A stretch of 64,000 nucleotides of DNA. It comes from Geosiphon pyriformis uo1 (Eukaryota; Fungi; Glomeromycota). Each line of letters begins with the position of its first letter. Positions within the stretch are counted from its first letter, which is position 1. The notes under the pieces are model-generated. The model did not search any database. It was not told the DNA's origin and was given only the letters and a program-made list of their open reading frames with translations. The position numbers were made by a program, and so were the translations under genes. The stretch spans positions 1,305,095 through 1,369,094 of the forward strand of contig JAAOMT010000571.1 of assembly GCA_016748015.1 (NCBI GenBank), written 5' to 3'. Positions 58,400-64,000 of this stretch are shown piece by piece.

Positions 58400-58789
58400 T
58401 ATGGACCCAAATCCATTTTTTCTTCTTGCTGTAATTACTAACTCTTCCCTTTTTTTTACTAAAACTAATTAGGCTATTTTAATTAAAGACAGGAATATTG
58501 CTTGTACTATTTTTTCATTTGGCCCAATAATATATGGTTTTTCTGAATCATTTTGTATCATTGCAATAATATTTCTTACATATTTTGTGTCAATTATTTC
58601 TTCTCGAATACTGATTTTTTTCTTGGTTAAACTAGATCTGAATGCTATTTGAACTATTGTTGTTGCTGAGATTTCCAATGCTATTTTTAAATCAATACAA
58701 GTCTGTGTATTAGGCTCTAATGTTATGGCATATTTTTTTAAATACCTTAGAACAAATTCTGTATTAGTATTATGTGCACATTCTGGCAT
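58400..58789 (-). pseudogene. dUTPase domain within Gypsy pol
   Basis: All five trimeric-dUTPase motifs recognisable despite decay: TEFVL (AGFDL), RSSL, EEIIDTKYVRNI (GGIIDxGYxGNI), KIVQAI (KIAQ), ARRKNGFGS at ~58430-58405. Confidence 0.88.
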
Positions 58790-59899
58790 AATATCTTTAT
58801 TATTATCACTAAACTATTTTAGTTCTTGTTTCATAGATAGATCTGAAAGTGTGATATATTGCTTGAATTTTAAATTAGAGTTTAAATTGTCATTGTTGTT
58901 GTTATAGTAAACAGAGTTAGAATCATTGTTGTTATTATTATCAGAGTCTAAATCAGGATTGAGTTTCAATTTTGATTCTACTGCTTACTTGCTGATTGGT
59001 TTTTTCTTTTTGGGAATTGAATAGATCATTTGTGGTGGTAGATTATAAATGAGATCACAATTGTTATAGTATTCAAAATCACTAAGAATCAAACAGTGCT
59101 TGTATAACTTTGTATTTAATTGTTCTAGCCTTTGTTTCTGTTCTTTTTTAGTTGGTGTTAGATTCTAATAGTGCTTGTGAATTTGTTCTAGATTATTTTC
59201 AATGTTATTAACAATGTCAAATATGAAAATGTATTTGGGTTCAAAGAGTATAAGTGAGTTATTTTTAATTTTCAGTAGTTCATTGGATGTAGCACTTTTA
59301 ACTTTAGTACTTACTATTTTTCAGATCTTGTGTTTATCATATAAATAGCTTTTTAAACATTTCAATATTCATTTCCAGATGTTGTTAATTGGAGTTTTTT
59401 TTTGTATCCAATTATTGATTAGAATTGTGTATTGACATATTTTGTCACATGTTTTTTTTTGTCCAGGAATGTTGTTTCATATTCCTTTGTTAAGAAAAAT
59501 TATTTCACATGTGAAACAAGGCTTGTTATCCTATTTTCCTTATTGTTTGGATCATTCAAACCTTTTTAAGATGCATAAGTAATAGTAGTATTTGGTTGCT
59601 ATTGGCTATTTTTTATTATTATCACAACATGTGCCTATTGTTGACAATTTTTTGCCACAATCAACACAAACTAGTTTGGATTAACAATAATTTGGCTGAC
59701 TTTAAGTGGTAGTAGTATATAATATATATGTTAAGATAATTGTTTAGAATTTTTTTTTTTCTTTCTAACTAGATACTGGTAGTAGACTTTTATGGCTTTT
59801 CTTGGTCTATAATACTTGGTAGACTTTCCAAATGGGTTTCTTTTTTTCTTCTTTAAATTCAATTAATGAGTTTTGAATAGTATTGCTTGGTTTGAAATG

Positions 59900-62600
59900 A
59901 CTGCATATGACTGGTACCCTAGTATGTTAACTATTTTGGCTAAACTATAGCTTTTAAGTGATCTAGTTAAACATAGTGCTAATCTTAAACAGCCAATTAT
60001 TACCAATTAGTGTTTGGTATTGTGTGGCTTTCATAACAAGAACTTTGATTGGCATGATAATACTATTAACTTTGAATAGAAAGTTGTCAATTTTGTTAAT
60101 TAAAGTTTTTGTTGTTTTATCAGTAGTAATTATTCTTATGTTAACAGCTTGATCAACTCAGCAATCTAATTGGTTCATAAGTTGTCATGTAATAATGCTG
60201 TCTGTGGATTCACTATCAAGAATAAGCTTAATAGATTGGCCATTTACTTTGGGGTCTATATATATAGCAGTAATAAGTTTAGTATCAAGGACTGCTCTAC
60301 TAAATAAAAAAGTTGGCACTGGTTCTTTCAGTTCAAAAAAAAATATGGCTGGAAGTAATTTATTATTTGTGATGATAACAGGTGAAATATTGTTGGTAAG
60401 TGTGGATTGATTGATCTTCTGGTTGTTGGTTGAGGCATTTTTTAGGATAATAAGAAGACTTAAATAGTTCTGAATATTTGGGTTTTAGGCATAATAGTTT
60501 TTTGGATTTGGTTGTCATGTTTTTAATGGTTGGTTTGATAAAGTGAAAATTAATTGGTATATTACTATTGTCAATCTTTAATTTTGGTGGATCTGAGTAG
60601 TTCTCAGTTTTTAATTTCTGGTTTGAGATAAGTTTTGGGTTTGATTTTGATTTGGTTGAGACTAATAAATAATTTGAGACTGGGGCAGTTGATAAATTAC
60701 TGGAATTGGTATCTAATAAATTGGTGGCTGATAAATTGGCTGTATTATTTGAAAGTAATATGGCTAATATTGGTATTTTTTGGATGATTAATTACTGATG
60801 TAGTTTGAAATCTGAAATCTGTGATTGGAATTTTGATATTGATTTCTTAATTGTTGATTATTTTCTTTAAAGTGACAATCTATTTTTAGATGTTTTTGTT
60901 TACCATAATAGTAGTAATTACATGTTTCTATTTGCCATTGTTGATTTAATAATAATAATAGATGTGACTGTTGTTAACCATAGTTAGAATTTCTTAAATT
61001 TTTGCAATATTGTAAAGATTGATATATTACCTGATTGTTAGGTAAGTATCTCTTCAATTTTTGATTGATTGAATTACTGAATTGCTTCAGTTTAAAATCT
61101 AAGTCAGATGATTCATTCATTACTAAATTTACAGCTTGCATATAATTGGCTTCCAGCTTGGCTGATTTAAAATCTTGGGTACATATAACTGTGTTTTAGA
61201 GTATTTGTAAATGTAATAGACATATGTATTGTAGGAGACTACTATGCAGGCCATGGATAAACTAATTTAGAATTTGGGGCACTGTGAAATAATCAGCATT
61301 AATGGCTTGGATCTGGTGCAAATTTTTGTGAAAATATCTTAGGTAAGTAGTAATTGTTTTTGTGTTGCCTTGTTTAATAGTAGTAAATGCCATTGCCAAG
61401 TGATTAATGCTATTGTTATTGCTAAAATATCTCAAAAATTTGGTTTTAAATGTGTTAAAGATGGCAGGTTTGTTGATCAAATTCTGATATCATGAATTAC
61501 CAGTATTTTGCAAAAAGTATAAGATGGCTTGTAAAGCTCTGTCATTATTCTAATTATTAGCAGTGATTGCTTTGGTAATATCATTGAGCTATACTTGGGC
61601 ATTGTTTTCTTTGCCAGTAAACTTTTCTAACTTGGCAATAGAAGTGTATATCATTACTATAATTGGTTGTTGTTGTGGTTGTGGTTGTAATTGAAGTGAT
61701 TATTGTAGCAGTAGTTGAAATTGTGACTGTTGTTGCTGTTCAGCAATTAATACAACTAGTAGTGGGTCAATCATAATTACTGAAAGTAAGTTTTGAGAAA
61801 TAATAGGAGCTGGATTTAGATTGTTTGGGTTTTGTGAAGTCTGAACAATTAGAGTTTAGATTTCTGGGTTTTCTAAGATCGAGTTTTGATAATTGAATTC
61901 TTGATCTTCATTTTCTTCTTCTTTTGAATTGGTTATTTTTCACAAATTAGTGGCTTCAAAATTGGTTTGAGATGGTGGTAATCAAAATTTTGATGATATT
62001 GGTAATTATAATTTAAATCTTTCAAAAAAATTGTTATAGATTCTTAATAAATTGGCTTTTTTTTGTTGGTTTTATAATGTTATTCTTGTTAATGATGTTT
62101 TTGCTGATAATAATGCACCTTCTAATAGTATATTAATAGTACTACTAGACATGTAATAATATAACAGATAAATAAGTGAAACTACTCTTGGTTTCTTCCA
62201 AGTAGGTAGTTGTATTTTTCTTGGTATTTCTGTTAGTATTTGTAATTTTTTTTTTCATTGTCTGTCAAGATAATAGAAAATTGCTGTTTGGTATGTTTCT
62301 TAATTTTCCTGTTGATTTCTGTGATTATTAGAATGAACAAATGATTTTGTAAAAACATAGTACTTTGAAATAATTTACTATAGAAATTGTCAAGTGCTGT
62401 TTTCAGATTTTTTTGGTCTCTTAAGTGAAACTTAATATTTTCATTAACATAAAAGTTGAAAGTAGATTCTGTTGACCAATAGTTATTTGTTAATCTTAAA
62501 TAAATTTGATAGTATTAGAATAAAGCTTTTACAAATCTCAAGTGGTTTGTCCCTGTTTCTTTTGATTTTGCCACTGTTTTAGATAATTGCTGTTAATGCT
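59900..62600 (-). pseudogene. Gypsy gag (capsid-like domain, CCHC knuckle) and aspartic protease
   Basis: FKTKFLRYF...IKQGNTKTITTYL (61262-61480); knuckle ghost YYYYGKQKHLKIDC (~60873-60915); protease KVNGQSIKLILDSES (from LDSGS) ~60250-60205. Confidence 0.85.
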
Positions 62601-62619
62601 AATTCTCTGTTGGATTATA

Positions 62620-62636
62620 CCTTACAGAGAGCACCA
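62620..62636 (-). other. tRNA primer-binding site of element G
   Basis: TGGTGCTCTCTGTAAGG two bases after the LTR end TGTAACA; related sites at 51397 and (decayed) 45390. Confidence 0.8.
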
Positions 62637-62638
62637 AA

Positions 62639-63543
62639 TGTTACAGGTGATTATTTGAGATGTTAATACCAATAACAAACTCATAACTTAATGCTCAATA
62701 GCTGGTACAATTGGATAATATCTAAAGGTTTTGGTATTTGAAAGTTTTGGTTGAGTTTTTTGTATAATGAACAGAGATTCAATAGTGATATCTTTTTGTA
62801 ATGTTTTTGATTCTTCCCCAACTCTTGAATTGGTATGCATTGTTGTTTGTAGTCTTCTGGAAAATTCTTTTATCAATTTTTTTTAGCTTAATGGCTGGTT
62901 TTCTGGTAAGCTATTCTCAAATTTCAAGTGTTTATTCTTATTTTTGGGTCTTTTACCAGCTTTTTTGACATTAATAATTTTGCATGTTTAATTTTTTAAT
63001 CAATTAGCAAATAATACAACAAAAAAGAAATAAAAAAAATAAAGAAAAAATGAAAATAAAATAAAATAAAAAATTAGTATTCTGTTAATAGTCATAATCA
63101 AAAATTATTATTAACATGAAGTGTTAATAAATAGAAGAATGATTAGATTCTCAATTAAATGATAACAACATAAATTGGATAATAATAAGTAGGTTTTTAT
63201 TGAATATTTTAATGAATTTATTTCAGTTAATAGTAACTATCTGTAAAGTAAGGATTATTTAATAGATAAAAAATGGAATGCTAAACTAAAACTGAACTGA
63301 ATTTTTCTTTTTTTTTTTACTTCTAATGCTATTGTTATATATATAGTTGGTGTTATATAAGATTCCTAAAATCCTGCAATTCCTTTAGAGAAATTCTGAA
63401 ATTCTAGAATCCTGCAATTTTTTATGAAGAATTCTGGGATTCTGGAATCTTATAATTTCTTTAGAGGAATCTTAGAATTCTTTTATTACTACATTTATTT
63501 CTAATTGGCTATTTCTATAATACCCTAATTTTTATAAATAACA
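62639..63543 (-). repeat. 5' LTR of Gypsy element G
   Basis: TGTTA...TAACA termini; direct repeat of the interrupted 3' LTR; CCAAT box, GAATTCTG array and TATA box in U3 order. Confidence 0.92.
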
Positions 63544-64000
63544 ATACTTACTATGAATTTACAAATAATTTTTTAATGATTATAATATTGTATTTCAAAA
63601 AATTGCTTGGATCTAAGAAATATACAAAATCTTTTGTAATAAAAATTTTTAGTTAAATTTAATATATAAATAATGAATTATATCAAAGAGAAATATAATG
63701 ACTAAAATACTTATCATGTATTTAATTGAATTATGATTTAGTTTTAAAATTGGTTTTTTAGACTGTAAAAAAAATTTTGATTGTTGAATATTTTAACAAC
63801 TTATTAGAATATAATATATAATAGCTTATTATAATAATCAAAAAACTTATATTAGTTAATGTTAATTTAAAGAAATTAGATTGAAATTGAAAGATTTTTG
63901 GTTTTACCTTAATTGAGAAAACTGAAGTTGTCTTAAAGCCAATAATTTTGAATAGCTTTTTTTTTTAGTGTTGTATATTTTCTAACAAGTTTGTTTTAAT

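Larger units (their letters stand above)
48711..63543 (-). mobile_element. Complete Ty3/Gypsy LTR retrotransposon with dUTPase (element G), inactivated
   Basis: TSD ATAC at 48707-48710 and 63544-63547; 5' LTR 62639-63543; 3' LTR in three pieces 48711-48718, 50138-50395, 53768-54425; PBS; polypurine tract ~54426-54442; order gag-PR-dUTPase-RT-RH-IN. Confidence 0.93.

Noticed and set aside
62688-62876. Repeated small ORF (also 50129-50371)
   Set aside because: Similarity is simply LTR duplication; the frame is broken in the 45190-45380 copy.

Overview
Eukaryotic, very AT-rich DNA, most likely from an early-diverging fungus (Mucoromycota/Glomeromycotina-like; an inference from intron style, gene content and transposon families). 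One CpG-containing gene island (~11.9-18.2 kb) holds two intact, divergently transcribed, spliced genes: TAF4 (minus, 6 exons) and the DEAD-box helicase DBP2/p68 (plus, 8 exons), whose 581-nt intron 5 is richly base-paired and contains a cryptic acceptor leading to a premature stop. Most of the rest is nested, dead mobile DNA. It includes at least six copies of an L1-like LINE (ORF1 RRM+CCHC; ORF2 APE-RT-RNaseH-Zn finger; ATGA stop/start overlap), an ORF1-only non-autonomous derivative, and a Tc1 DD34E relic. It also includes a complete dUTPase-bearing Ty3/Gypsy element with 4-bp TSDs whose 3' LTR carries two further insertions, a non-autonomous LTR element and solo LTRs. The repeats are inactivated mainly by C>T/G>A transitions in CpG and non-CpG contexts, with very few indels or transversions in the stretches aligned by eye, pointing to a RIP-like repeat-directed hypermutation process. 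All alignments and translations were done by eye; boundaries of the most degraded elements are approximate.
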